From NCBI GenBank assembly GCA_030390025.1, contig JASTWF010000357.1, forward strand, positions 62,001 through 126,000: 64,000 nucleotides of DNA. The letters run 5' to 3'. Each line of letters opens with the position of its first letter. The first letter of the stretch is position 1. The DNA comes from Squalus acanthias (Eukaryota). The position numbers and the translations under genes are program-made. A model generated the notes under the pieces. The model did not search any database and was not told the DNA's origin. It saw only the letters and a list, made by a program, of their open reading frames with translations. Shown piece after piece: positions 36,646 to 48,849 of the stretch.

Positions 36646-37132
36646 CAGCCAGCGAGCCAGCTTGCCACAAATGACTGTCAGCAATGAAAGAAAGTTGATT
36701 TATTTCATAGCTCTGCTATGTTTGCGAGTTTAAAAGCAAACAGACAGTTTTCAGTATTTTATTCTGCATGTTGTCTTGATTTCTCTCACTGCCTGCCAGC
36801 CTGCCTTGTCCCACACAAACTCACAGCCTGGCCAGCCTGCAGAGGGATGACTGCCGACTTGGAAGATTAAAACCAACATGATATAAAGACACACTCAGAC
36901 ACACTCTGCAATTTGCAGAAACTCACACTCACACACATACAGACACACACAGACTCCGCAATTTGCAGAAACTCTCACACACACAGACAGACTCTGCAAT
37001 TTGCAGACACACACACACTCAGTCTCACATCCATTTTGAAAGGGGTGGAGCCTGAGTCACGTGACCCTGTGGCTGGGCCTCTGACATCACAATGGGCGAT
37101 GATGCGATCAGCTCGAGCGGGAAACCCTTAAA

Positions 37133-37232
37133 TTAAATTAAATCAGTAAAGGTCACTGTCAATCCGGGTCTTGCTCCCTGCAGCGCCCTCAGGAGTCTCG
37201 CTCCGTCTGAACTGAACCGATTCCCCAACAGC
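37133..37232 (-). CDS. NLR terminal coding exon
   Basis: ctgtttcag|G CTG TTG GGG AAT CGG TTC, giving LLGNRFSSDGARLLRALQGARPGLTVTFTDLI*. Confidence 0.8.
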
Positions 37233-37401
37233 CTGAAACAGATTAAAGATTAAACAGGAAATAAACAGATTGAACAACAGTGTAAATAACCGCGAGACTG
37301 GGGTTAATATTTCAATAATAATGACAGACAAATATTACCCACAGTGACTGAATCCCATTGATATTTTATTGATTACATTAAACATTAACACAAACACTCA
37401 C

Positions 37402-37569
37402 TCGATCCGCTCCAGACTCCGGCAGGTCAGTGTGAGGCGGCGGAGAGCGGGGACAGATCGATCTGTGAAGGAGTTTAATCCCAGGTTCAGATCCGTCAGT
37501 GAGCGGTTTGTACTGAGAGCGGAGGAGAGATCCTTGGCACAAGAATCTGTGAGACCGACAGACTCCAGC
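37402..37569 (-). CDS. NLR LRR exon (168 nt)
   Basis: LESVGLTDSCAKDLSSALSTNRSLTDLNLGLNSFTDRSVPALRRLTLTCRSLERI; cccag / gtgagt flanks. Confidence 0.88.
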
Positions 37570-37710
37570 CTGGGGATCAGAGAGAGAAATAACAGGAATC
37601 AGAGTCAATCCCCAGAGTTTATTAATAACACTATTACTGATACTAATAATAATCTTCAGTGTCAGACATCCAGTTATTATAAACACAATCGCACACAGTC
37701 TGGTACTTAC

Positions 37711-37797
37711 CGCAGTGTCTGTATTTTACAGTCCGGGTTCCTCAGAGCCGCAGACAGTATTTTCACTCCTGAATCTTCCAGTTCATTGTCGCTCAGT
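37711..37797 (-). CDS. NLR LRR exon (87 nt) with mutated acceptor
   Basis: LSDNELEDSGVKILSAALRNPDCKIQTL. The gtaag donor is intact, but the polypyrimidine tract ends ttttg rather than ag. Confidence 0.8.
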
Positions 37798-37933
37798 CAA
37801 AACACAAACAGAGAGAGAGAAACAAACTGAATCAAAGCCCGGATCTGATATAATTTTCTCTCTCTGATATTACAGCAATCACTGAAAATACTTCAGGACA
37901 TTAATAACCCGGTTTCCCCCGTGATTTCCCCCC

Positions 37934-38660
37934 TGGTCGGGGTTGGGAGCGGGTCGGGTGGTTGCGGGGTCGTGGCCGGGGTCGGGTGATGCCGGGGCCT
38001 GGGTCGGGGGCAGGTCGGGTGGGGTCGGGGTCGGGGTCGTGTTGTGTGCGGCCAGGGTCGTTGGCGCGTCGGTTGCGGCCGGAGTTGGGGGCGATCAGGT
38101 GGGGCCGGGGTCGGTGGCGGGTCAGGTGGGGCCGGGGTCGGGGCGGGTCAGGTGGGGTCGGGGCGGGTCAGGTGGGGCCGGTTGAGGGTCAGGGGTCGGG
38201 TCGGTGGCTGGTCAGGTTGGGTCGGTGGAGGGTCAGTGGGGGCCGGGGTCGGTGGAGGGTCAGCTGGGGCCGGGGTCGGTGGCGGGTCGGTTGAGGGTCA
38301 GGGGGTCCGGGGTCAGGTCGGGTGGGGTCGGTGGAGGGTCAGGGGGTCTGGGGTCGGTGGCCGGTCAGGTTGGGTCGGTGGAGGGTCAGTGGGGGCCGGG
38401 GTCGGGTCGGTGGAGGGTCAGTGGGGCCGGGGTCGGTGACGGGTCAGGTGGGTTCGGTGGAGGGTCAGGGGGAGCTGGGGTCGGGGTCGGGTGGTGCCGG
38501 GATCAGTGGAGGGTCGGGCCGGGGTCGGGAGGGTTCGGGGTCGGTTGCGGGTCAGGTGGGTTCGGTGGAGGGTCAGGGGGAGCTGGGGTCGGGGTCGGGT
38601 GGTGCCGGGATCAGTGGAGGGTCGGGCCGGGGTCGGGGGCTGGGTCGGGGTCGGGTGCGG
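37934..38660 (+). repeat. G-rich (GGGTC/GGTCA/GGTGGA) low-complexity minisatellite
   Basis: Dense ggggtcggtggagggtca units with higher-order duplication (38442-38525 recurs at 38550-38635). Confidence 0.9.
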
Positions 38661-39764
38661 CCTCGCTCTGGAGAATTGGAGGAAGCGGGTTTGATGACGT
38701 CATTTGATGACCTACACATTGAGGTTGCCCATTGTGATGTCAGTGTTCTACAGTATTGAGGTTCTACAAACACTGACAACATCTCCAGAGGAGCTCGGCT
38801 GCACCCAGGCTCTCCCACAACTCCCTCCATATGCTTATGGAGGGAGCTACAGCACGGAGGGAGCTTCTCTTCACTTCCATTGGGTGGAAGAGACCAACAC
38901 AGCATGCTGCACATTTTACAGTGGGGCTCAAGCAGGGATGTAGTCAGGAGGATCACACTGCAGTGGCACAAACCTTTCAATGGTTTGAGTAGATCACAAA
39001 ACGTTACTGCAAAGCCACACTTAACCTCATCGGCTGTGCCTCTCATCGGCTGTGCCTCTCATCACAACCCCATCACTCTGCCTTCCCCACCGTACTCCTG
39101 CACATTCTTACTCCCAACAACTTACCTTGCACCTCCACCCATCCCTCTCTATCTATATTATCACATCCCCATCTCACTAGTCACCCCTCACACTCACCCT
39201 CATCCTAGTCCAATCATACCAACTAACAACACACAAGGGTAGGCAATTGTGTGTTTTAGCCAATGTTCATGTGAAGTTTCTGTTAATATGATGTCAAACA
39301 ATGAAATCTTTATTTTCAACACTTTCTGTTCTTGGACATAGTTGTGTGCACCTTTGGAAGTGTCTCAGTGAGTTGCAGTGAATGGTGAGTCATAACGGAA
39401 CTCCCCGCAATGCTGATGAGTGTGACAGGAATGGTTTGGGCATTGTAGGGAAGCTTTGTGTTGTTGGTGTGGGTTGGTGCCAACCTGGCGCATCATGTGA
39501 CATCCAGGGCGTGTAGCATCAAGTGAAGAAAATCTACCCATGGTGAGGCCATCCCTGGCGACCCGGTCAGCAATGTGGCCGGGTGTTGATGCCCTCTGTG
39601 CTGTGCAGCATCAGGCGTTGCGGAACAGGTTGGTGGTGTTGTTGGTGCTGCTGGTGTGCCTGGTGCTGCAGGTGTTGGGGCTGATCGTGGTGGGACTCTG
39701 AGGCCCAAGGTGAGACAGTATAAACCATACCCACACTGATGTAATAGATGGCAGGTGAACGTGA
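38660..39764. mobile_element. PIF/Harbinger transposon relic (Myb/SANT-like fragment on plus, nuclease remnants on minus)
   Basis: Plus strand has decayed APRLSHNSLHMLMEG..SSRDVVRRITLQWHKPFNGL (Myb/SANT-like). Minus strand has RVARDGLTMGRFS, resembling a Harbinger nuclease C-terminus. Confidence 0.55.
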
Positions 39765-41670
39765 GATAAGAACATAAGAAATAGGAGCAGGAGTAGGCCA
39801 ATCGGCCCCTCGAGCCTGCTCCGCCATTCAATAAGATCATGGCTGATCTGATCCTAACCGCCAATCTACTATCTACTATCACAGAACCATCTCCTGCATC
39901 TAACAGAATTGCACACACGAAATAGGAGCAGAATCAGGCTACACGGTCCCTGGGCCCGCTCCACTACCCACAGGGCCATGACCGATCCGAACCTAGACTC
40001 ATGTCCAAATTCCTGCCCGCTCCCCGTAACCCTTAATGCCCTTTACTTCTAGGAAACTGTCTATTTCTGTTTTAAATTTATTTAATGATGTAGCTTCTAC
40101 AGCTTTTTGTGGCAGCATATTCCATGGACCTACCACCCTCTGAGTGAAGTAGTTCCTCCTCATCTCAGTTTTGAAAGAGCAGCCCCTTATTCTAAGACTA
40201 TGTCCCCTAGTTCTAGTCTCACCCGTCATCGGGAACATCCTCCCCGCATCCACCCGATCCAACCCCTTCACAATCTTATATGTTTCAATAAGATCGCCTC
40301 TCATTCTTCTGAACTCCAATGAGTAGAGTCCCAATCTACACAACCTCTCCTCATATGACCACCCCCTCATCCCCGGGATTAACCGAGTGAACCTTTTTTG
40401 CACTGCCTCGAGAGCAAGGATGTCTTTCCTTAAGTAAGGACACCAAAACTGTATGCAGTATTCCAGGTGCGGTCTCACCAATACCTTGTACAACTGAAGC
40501 AATACCTCCCTATTTTTATATTCTATCCCCCTAGCAATGAAAGCCAACATTCCATTTGCCTTCTTAATCACTTGCGCACCTGCATACTAACCTTTTGAGT
40601 TTCGTGCACCAGGACCCCCAGATCCCTTTGCACTTCAGTACTCTCCAGTTTCTTGCCATTAAGATAATAAATTGCTCTAGGATTTTTCCTGCCAAAGTGC
40701 ATCACCTCACACTTTCCAGTGTTGTATTCCATCTGCCAAATCTCTGCCCACTTACTTAGCCTGTCTATGTCCCCTTGCAGGTTTTTTATGTCCTCCTCAC
40801 TCACTACTTTCCCTCCCATCTTAGTATCATCTGCAAATTTTGATATGTTACACTTGGTCCCTTCCTCCAAATCATTAATATAGATTGTAAAGAGTTGGGG
40901 ACCCAGCACTGACCCCTGTGGAACACCACTAGTTACTGACTGCCAGTCTGAGAATGAACCATTTATCCCAACTCTTTGCTTTCTGTTAGATAGCCAATCC
41001 TCTATCCATGCCAGAATATTACCCCCAATCCCATGATTTTTTACCTTAAGCAATAATCTTTGTGTGGCACCTTGTCAAATGCCTTTTGGAAGTCTAAATA
41101 CACTACGTCCACTGGTTCCCCTTTATCCACTCTATATGTTACTTCCTCAAAGAACTCCAGCAAATTTGTCAAACATGACTTCCCCTTCGTAAAACCATGC
41201 TGACTTTGTCCTATTAAATTATGATTATCCAAATGTCCTGTTACTGTTTCCTTAATAATGGACTACAAAATTTTACCTACCACAGATGTTAGGCTAACCG
41301 GTCTATAGTTACCAGCCTTCTGTCTACTGCCCTTTTTAAATAAGGGTGTTACATTAGCAGTTTTCCAGTCTGCCAGGACCTTAGCGGAATCCAGGGAGTT
41401 TTGAAAAATTACCAATGCATCTACAATCCCTACCGCCACTTCCTTCAAGACTCTAGGATGTAAGCCATCAGGTCCAGGTGATTTATCCGCCTTGAGTCCC
41501 ATTATTTTACCGAGTACCACTTCCTTAGTGATTTTGATCGTGTTTAGCTCCTCTCCCCCTATAGCCCCCTGTTTGTCCAGTGTTGGGATATTCTTAGTGT
41601 CCTTTACTGTAAAGACTGATACAAAATATTCATTCAGTGTTTTTGCCATCTCCATATTTCCCACCATTAA
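39765..41670 (-). mobile_element. CR1 LINE, 5'-truncated ORF2 with frameshifts
   Basis: ORFs 41263-41667, 41041-41232, 40568-41053 and 39999-40571; (taagaaca) tail. Confidence 0.95.
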
Positions 41671-42040
41671 GCTTAGGGGAACATCGAGGCAATAACGATC
41701 ACAATGTAATAAGTTTTAAGATAAAGATTGAGAAGGTCATAAGTAAGACAAAGACCAAAGTAATCGATTGATAAAAAGCTGGTTTTGAGGGGATAAGATT
41801 GGAACTAGGGAAAATGAAGTGGAGAACAATATTGACAAAGAGAGATAGCACAGTACTGAGAAATATTTAAAACGGTGATCAATGGATTGCATTATATTCC
41901 AATAAAAAGGCAAGAACAAACTAGCCAATAATGAAACTCCATGGATGAATGAGGACATAGTCAAAATTGAAACTTAAAAAAGTCATACAAAAGAAACAAT
42001 GACAAAAGAGAACATGACAAGATTCAGAAAGAAGTCAAAA
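41671..42040 (+). mobile_element. Old CR1 fragment (EN C-terminal region)
   Basis: Decayed GEH.G.DHN.I.F and PWM motifs. Confidence 0.55.
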
Positions 42041-42145
42041 AGTATCCAACGTTGATTCATAATTATATCACTAATAGCAATAATGCTGAACGGCTTTAGA
42101 AATCGAGGTGTTTTTGAACGCAATTTCACACAGTCTGGTACTTAC

Positions 42146-42316
42146 CGCAGTTTCTGTATTTTACATTCAGTGTTCATTAGAGAAGCAGACAGTAGAATCA
42201 CTCCTGAATCTCCTAGATTATTACTGTTCAGGTTCAGCTCAGTCAGTGATCGGTTTGTATGAAGTGCGGAGGCGAGATCCTCGGCACAAGAATCTGAGAG
42301 ACCATTATCATTCAGA
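42146..42316 (-). CDS. NLR LRR exon (171 nt)
   Basis: LNDNGLSDSCAEDLASALHTNRSLTELNLNSNNLGDSGVILLSASLMNTECKIQKL; AG/GT flanks. Confidence 0.9.
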
Positions 42317-42502
42317 CTGGGCATCAGAGAGAAGGAATAAAAGAGGGATAAAAAGAGGAATATTACTAAAGTTGGTGCTACTAATTATAATCTTCAACAT
42401 TTACAGATCGGAGCATGTTAGCCTGTGTTGTAATACAGGGCTTTATATGCGGAAAGGTCATTGGGACATCCAGTGATAATAATCTCACACTATGGTACAT
42501 AC

Positions 42503-42673
42503 GACAGTTTCTGTATTTGACAGTTCCGGTTCTTCAGAGCCTCAGCCAGTCGTTTCACTCCTGAATCTCCCAGTTTATTATGACCCAGGTACAGCCCCGT
42601 CAGTGACCCGTTTGTACTGAGAGTGGAGGCGAGATCCCTGGCACAAGAATCTGTGAGACCGTTGTCCGCCAGC
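42503..42673 (-). CDS. NLR LRR exon (171 nt)
   Basis: LADNGLTDSCARDLASTLSTNGSLTGLYLGHNKLGDSGVKRLAEALKNRNCQIQKL; AG/GT flanks. Confidence 0.9.
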
Positions 42674-42678
42674 CTGTG

Positions 42679-42722
<44 letters not shown>

Positions 42723-42816
42723 TGTTTATAATTATACTATTAATGATACTAATAACAATGAACAGTGTTAGACATCCAGTTATTATAAACACAATCTAGC
42801 ACAGTCTGGTACTTAC

Positions 42817-42903
42817 CCCACTACCTGTATTTTACATTTAGGGTTCCTCAGAACCATGGACAGTAGTTTCACTCCAGAATCTCCAAGATCATTTCCCTCC
42901 AAC
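42817..42903 (-). CDS. NLR LRR exon (87 nt)
   Basis: LEGNDLGDSGVKLLSMVLRNPKCKIQVV; AG/GT flanks. Confidence 0.88.
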
Positions 42904-43029
42904 CTTAAGGAAAACAGACAGGGGGTGAGAAATAAACTGAAACAAGCCTCGGTTCTGATAGATTTGTGGCTCTCTCGATCTTTCTCTGCGTTATTATGGG
43001 AAGATGAAAAAAAATCAGATGATTTTGCC

Positions 43030-45545
43030 GTCACTTAAGTGTGTTCAGGAGAACTTTCTTGACCAGTATGTTGCCCACCCAACAAGGAAGGAGGTGTTGC
43101 TGGATCTGGCTCTGGGGAATGAGGTGGGTCAAATGTCAGTAGGGGAACATTTAGGAAAAAGTGATCATAGCATCATAAGGTTTTGATTAGCTATAGAAAA
43201 GGACAGGGAGCAATCTAGATTAAAAATACTAAATTGGAGGAGGGCCAATTTCAGTGGGTTGAGAACGGATCTGGCCCGGATTAATTGGAATCAAAGATTG
43301 GCAGACAAAACTGTAAATTGAACAAAGGGCTGCGATTAAAGAGGAGATGGTTCGGGTACAGTAAAGGTACATTCCCACAAGGTGGAAATGTAGGACAACA
43401 GAAGTCAAAGCTCCCTCGATGGCTAAAGTGATAGAGTAATGGTAAGATGAAGCAGACAAAGGTGGAGTATGAAAGATGTCAGGTTGATAATACAAGTGAG
43501 AACTAGGCTGAATATAGAAAGTTCAGATGGGTAGTGAAAAAGGAATAAGAGGGACAGAGATTATGAGAAAATATTGGCAGCTAACTTAAAAGGGAATCCA
43601 AAAGTCTTCTATAGGCATATAAATAATAAACGGGTAGTAAGAGGAGGGGTGGGGCCGATTAGGGACCAAAAGAAAGACCTACACATGGAGGCAGAGGGCA
43701 TGGCTGAGGTACTAAAGGAGCACCTTGCATCCGTCTTCACCAAGGAAGAAGATGCTGCCAAAGTCATCTTGAAAGAGGAGGTAGTCGAGATACTGGATGG
43801 GATAAAAATTGATAGAGGAGGGTCTAGAAAAGCATGCTGTACTTATAGATAAGTCACCTGGACTGGATGGGATGCACCCTAGGACGCTGAGCAAGGGAAG
43901 GGTGGAAATTGCAGAGGTACTGGCCATAATCTGACAATCCTCCTTAGATATAGCGGAGGTGCCAGAGGACTGGAGAATTGCAAATGTTACACCCTTGTTC
44001 AAAAAAAGGTGTCAGGATAAACCCAGCAACTACAGGACAGTCAGTTTAACCTCGGTAGTGGGGAAGCTTTTAGAAATGATAATCTGGGACAAAATTAAAT
44101 GAAGAGTCACTTGGACAAGTGTGGATTCATTAAGGAAAGCCAGCATGGATCAGTTAAAGGCAAATCGTGTTTAACTAAATTGATTGAGTTTTATGATGAG
44201 GTAACAGAGAGGGTTGCTGAGGGCAATGCGGTTGTTGTGGTGTACATGAATTTCCAAAAGGCGCTTGATAAAGTGCCACATAATAGATCTGCCAGAAAAG
44301 TTGAAGCCCATGGAATAAAACAGACAGTGGCAGCATGGATACGAAATTGGCTAAGTGACAGGATACAGAGAGTAGTGGTGAACGGTGGCTTTTCGGACTG
44401 GAGGAAGGTATTCAATGGCGTTCCCCAGGGGTCAGTAATAGGATCAATGTTTGTCTTGATATATATTAATGACTTGTCTTGAGTATGCAGGGCACAGTTT
44501 CACAATTTGCAGATGACACAAAACTTGGACGCATAGTGAACAGTGAGGAGGAGAGTGATAGACTTCAAGAGGACATAGACAGGCTGGTGGAATGGGCGGA
44601 CACGTGGCAAATGAAATTTAATGCAATAAAGTGCGAATAGATACATTTTGGTAGGAAGAACGTGCAGAGGCAACAAAAAATAAAGGGTACAATTCTAAAG
44701 GGGCTGCACGAACTGAGAGACCTGGGAGTGCATGTTCACAAAATGTTGAAGGTGGCAGGACAGGTTGAGAAAGCGATTAAAATACAGGATCCTGGGCTTC
44801 ATAAATAGACATGATGTGGAGATGCCAGTGTTGGACTGGGGTGGACAAATGTGAGAAGGCGCACAACACCAGGTTATAGTCCAACAGCTTTATTTGAAAT
44901 CACTTCACCTGACGAAGGAGCAGCGCTCCGAAAGCTTGTGATTTCAAATAAAGCTGTTGGACTATAACCTGGTGTTGTGAGACTTCTCACATTCATAAAT
45001 AGAGGCAGAGAGTACAAAAGCAAGGAAGTTATGATGAACCTGGTATTGCGTCCAGTTCTGGGCACTGCACTTTAGGAAGGATGTGAAGGCCTTAAATAGG
45101 GTGCAGAAAAGATTTACAAGAATGGTTCCAGGGATGAGGGACTTCAGTTACGTGGATAGACTGGAGAAATTTGGGTTGTTCTCCTTAGAGCGGAGAAGGT
45201 TGAGAGGAGATTTAATAGAGGTGTTCAAAATCGTAAGTCGAGACAGAGTAGAGAGAGAGAAACTGCTCCCATTGGTGGAAGGGTCGAGAACCAGAGGACA
45301 CAGATTTAAGGTGATTGGCAGAATGTCCAAAGGAGACATGATAAACCTTTTTACACAGCGAGTGGTTAGTATCTGGAATGCACTGCCTGAAAGGGTGGTG
45401 GAGGCAGATTCACTTGTGGCTTTCAAAAGGGAATTGGATAAGTACCCGAAGGAAAGAAAAATGCAGGACTACGGGGAAAGGGCGGGGGAGTGGGACTAGC
45501 TGACGGGCCTAATGGCCTCTTTCTGTGCTGTAACCATTCTAAGAT
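43030..45545 (+). mobile_element. Older CR1 LINE ORF2, degenerate, in an NLR intron
   Basis: ORFs 43004-43186, 43574-43852, 44099-44482 and 45083-45499 carry CR1 motifs. Confidence 0.92.
44810..44991. mobile_element. Penelope-derived hairpin mini-element containing a minimal hammerhead ribozyme motif
   Basis: ~55-bp inverted arms. TCAC-CTGACGA-A-GGAGC-agc-GCTCC-GAAA-GCTT-GTGA at 44905-44941. 12-bp TSD ttcataaataga at 44798 and 44992. Confidence 0.85.
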
Positions 45546-46212
45546 ACTATGAAAATGAAACTGGGTTTGCTCCAATTTGCTATATGTTGACAGAGGGTCA
45601 GAATTTACTTTTATTAAATAAACCACAGTCTGTGTGAAGCCTTTAAATGTCCCTCAGTCTGGTCTCTTTCTGATCATGAGAATTACCCTCCTGGAGCCCC
45701 ATCGCTTCTTAACCCTCGCATTTTACGGGAATGGTCGTTATTCCTCTAACTAAATGCACAGCGGCGATTCCCAATGTTTATCCCTTGTATCAATCTGTAT
45801 AATATCTCGAGGTGAGGTAGGTTTTCCTGAGCTGAGGTATATTGTGAAACAGCGCTAAATGCTGCTGTAAAATCCATCCTGGATTTTATGTAACAAGGAC
45901 CGTACATGCTTTCCAGGTAATGTACAAGGTTTAAATGTCCATGCTTTCTTATTTTATAGGGGAGCGAAGTCTCTGGCTTTATGTCCAATTAAACTCTCTA
46001 GTTCAGTTCCATTTAATGCCATATTTGGAGCAGACTTCTCATAAATTCCGTGAATTTCTTTTTGGAAAGCCTCCATTCTCATTTCCTTCCTTAGAATTGT
46101 TTCGGTCCAGTTATTACTTTGTATATTATTGGTAAATTCAGCTCTCAATTTTAACTGGAGTGCAGAAAGACTTCAATAATACAATTAACGGTTATAGAAA
46201 CAAAACAGTTAC

Positions 46213-48002
46213 CTCAACACTTCACATTTGCGCAGAGCGGGTTCCAGCCGCTGGAGTCCTTCACACTGAATGGAGCAGTTCCGCAGATCGAGTTGCTTTA
46301 CTGTATGGCAGAGTCCAATGGCATGAGACAGGACCGCACAGTCAATCGGGGTGAGTGGAAGTGCTTTCTGTGAATCAGAATCTCCAAATTTAAGTCTTTC
46401 CACAGATCCCACTGTGGTCTGTGCCAGTGCTTTATTCTGAGACTCAAACAGGTAGTGCAAAATGTTCAGGAGGTCCCTTTTATCAGTTTCATTCCCTGTG
46501 TTCCCAATCTGTCCTTCAACCTTCTCCTTCACCCAATCAATCACTCGGCAGGTGGTTTGATGAAGAAATGGACCCAGAAACTCCTCCAGGGGCCAAGCAG
46601 CCTGTGGGGTGGAGAGACCAGCAACAAAACGGAGAAATATCTCAAATCGCCCATCTTCCTTGCTGTGGGCTTCTCTAAGGAGTTTCAGGATGTCTCCAGG
46701 ATCTGGAGTCAGGAATTGTGCGAGTGCAGCTACAAACTCTTGGATGGTGAGGTGCGGGAATGTGTACACCACGCTCTGGGCAGAATCATCTCTCTCAAAG
46801 TTCCATCATGAACCCAGACAGGAACTGGGAAGGTTGCAGATTGTACTTGATCAAATCTCCATTTCCAAACACAATCTTCTTCTCGGAGACTCCTGTGAAG
46901 GCCATCTCACCAATCTTCAGTAACACATCACGGGGGCTTTCAATTTCTTGGCCATGGTTTTTCAGAAAGTTGTAAATATAGTAGGAATATAGTTGGGTGA
47001 TGGTCTTGGGAACTCGCTGCTGTTTCCAGTCTCTTTGTGTAAAGAAGGGACCCAGTGACAGACCGAGGATCCAGCAGTAGGAAGGGTTGTAGCACATGGT
47101 GTACAGGATCTCGTTCTCCTCCCCGTGTTTGAAAACAGCTGCTGCCACCGTCTGATCTTCAAAACACTTGTTGAAATATTCCTTCCTTTCTTCACCAACA
47201 AATCCCAGGATTTCAGCCCAGACACGGATCTCAGCCTTTTCCTGTAAATGTAATGCAGTGGGGCGGCTGGTCACTAGCACTGAACATCCTGGGAGCAGCT
47301 TTTTCTGAATTAAACTGTACACAATGTCAGACACGTCACAGGGGAACTCAGGGTCGATGCACATATATGGAGGTGATGTATCTGTCAGATTGTCAGCAAA
47401 ATCGATACTGTCCTTGAATTCATTCAAACTATCGAGTATAAAGAGCAAACTGGCTGGATTCTTCCAGAGCTCTTCCAGATTATTCGCCAGGTAAGGATAG
47501 GAAACCAGAATCAGATCCTTCAGTGTTGTTTTGCAGTTAATGGCGTTCAAATCGCAGAATTTAAAACTGAAAACAAATTGAAACTGTGGGTATATTTTCC
47601 CAGTGGCCCAGTCATAAACTAGTTTTTGTATCATTGTCGTTTTCCCAATTCCTGGATCTCCACTGACAACCGCTGAACATCCTGAATTAAATTGCACAAC
47701 ATCTCCCTTTGTTGTATGGAGCAAACCTACTTCTCGGGAAAAACTGCTTCGGAACAATTGATCCATGCGGATCTTTTCCAGTTCTTTCTGGAGATGCATC
47801 TCTCTGCATTCTTCATGCTCCTTGCCACGTGCCAGCAGTTCAGGCTCGACCAGTTTCCGATGACGAACAGGAGAAATGATTGTCAGCTCAGTGTATCGGT
47901 CATCCAACTGGGAAATCTTCACCTTCTCCTTTATTAGAATAGTCTTCATTTCAATTGTTTCGTTTTGCTGTCGGAGTTTTTCCTTGTGCTGCTGTTGAGC
48001 AT
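46213..48002 (-). CDS. NLR NACHT / winged-helix / HD2 exon, frameshifted at ~46797
   Basis: Walker A GDPGIGKT, Walker B LLFILDSLNE, sensor VLVTSR, ILGF, CYNPSYCWI, YTFPHLTIQEFVAAL, RFVAGLS. Acceptor at 48003-48004, donor at 46211-46212. Confidence 0.95.
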
Positions 48003-48849
48003 CTTCAATGAAAACAGACAGATGTAAAACCGCTTTATCTGATAGGAGATTGCAACACTATTTAATTTACAGTTTGCATATGACTCACTCCTGAAAATAG
48101 AAACAGTTGATGAGAATGTCAGTATGACAATATTAACCTGCAATGTCATTGGGACTGAACAACCCAAATTGGAATAAGTCTTACATGGAACAATGGAATT
48201 GTTGATCTATGGGTTATAGTGGACACTCAGTTCATAAACATTGGAAATTTTGTATTGGGCGATATTGGAAGAGAGACAGAGTACAAATGGAACTACATTA
48301 TACTGTTGTTGTGTTTATTCATTGTCAGACCATTAGGGCCATCATGTGCAGTTTTGGTCTCCTAGTTATAGATAGAACATTATTGTACTTCAGAAAGGTA
48401 CAGATGCCAACCACAAATATTTTTGTTGGGCACTTTGTTGATGGACTTTGTGAAAATCTACAGCTGCATTGCCTTCGATTTTCGACTTTTGCTGTTAGTT
48501 TGAAACTGGCGATACCAGATCGCCTGATTTTGCGTTCTATTGGAATCAATTGCCAAAAGTTAAAATGTATCCCCTCTATTACCAAGTTGCCTGGAACTGT
48601 TACTGAAAGTTGGCAAGAGTCCAATAAACAAGAGCTTCATTGAATCCACAATACTATCCCTAACCTTCCTCCCAGAATAATGTTATATTATGCGGAAATC
48701 CATTAATTTACTCCGATCGTGCGTGTGTAGGGAAGGGGAGGGGTGGTTGGATTAGATTGTGCCCAGATATGGCCCTTATGTGACTCCAATACTATTTCAA
48801 TGGAGACAAACATAACAATTAACAGCTCGACCTGGCCTATTTCACCTTC

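Noticed and set aside
37943..38759. Gly/Arg/Val-rich ORFs in all plus frames
   Set aside because: Low-complexity G-rich repeat lacking stop codons; lies in an NLR intron.
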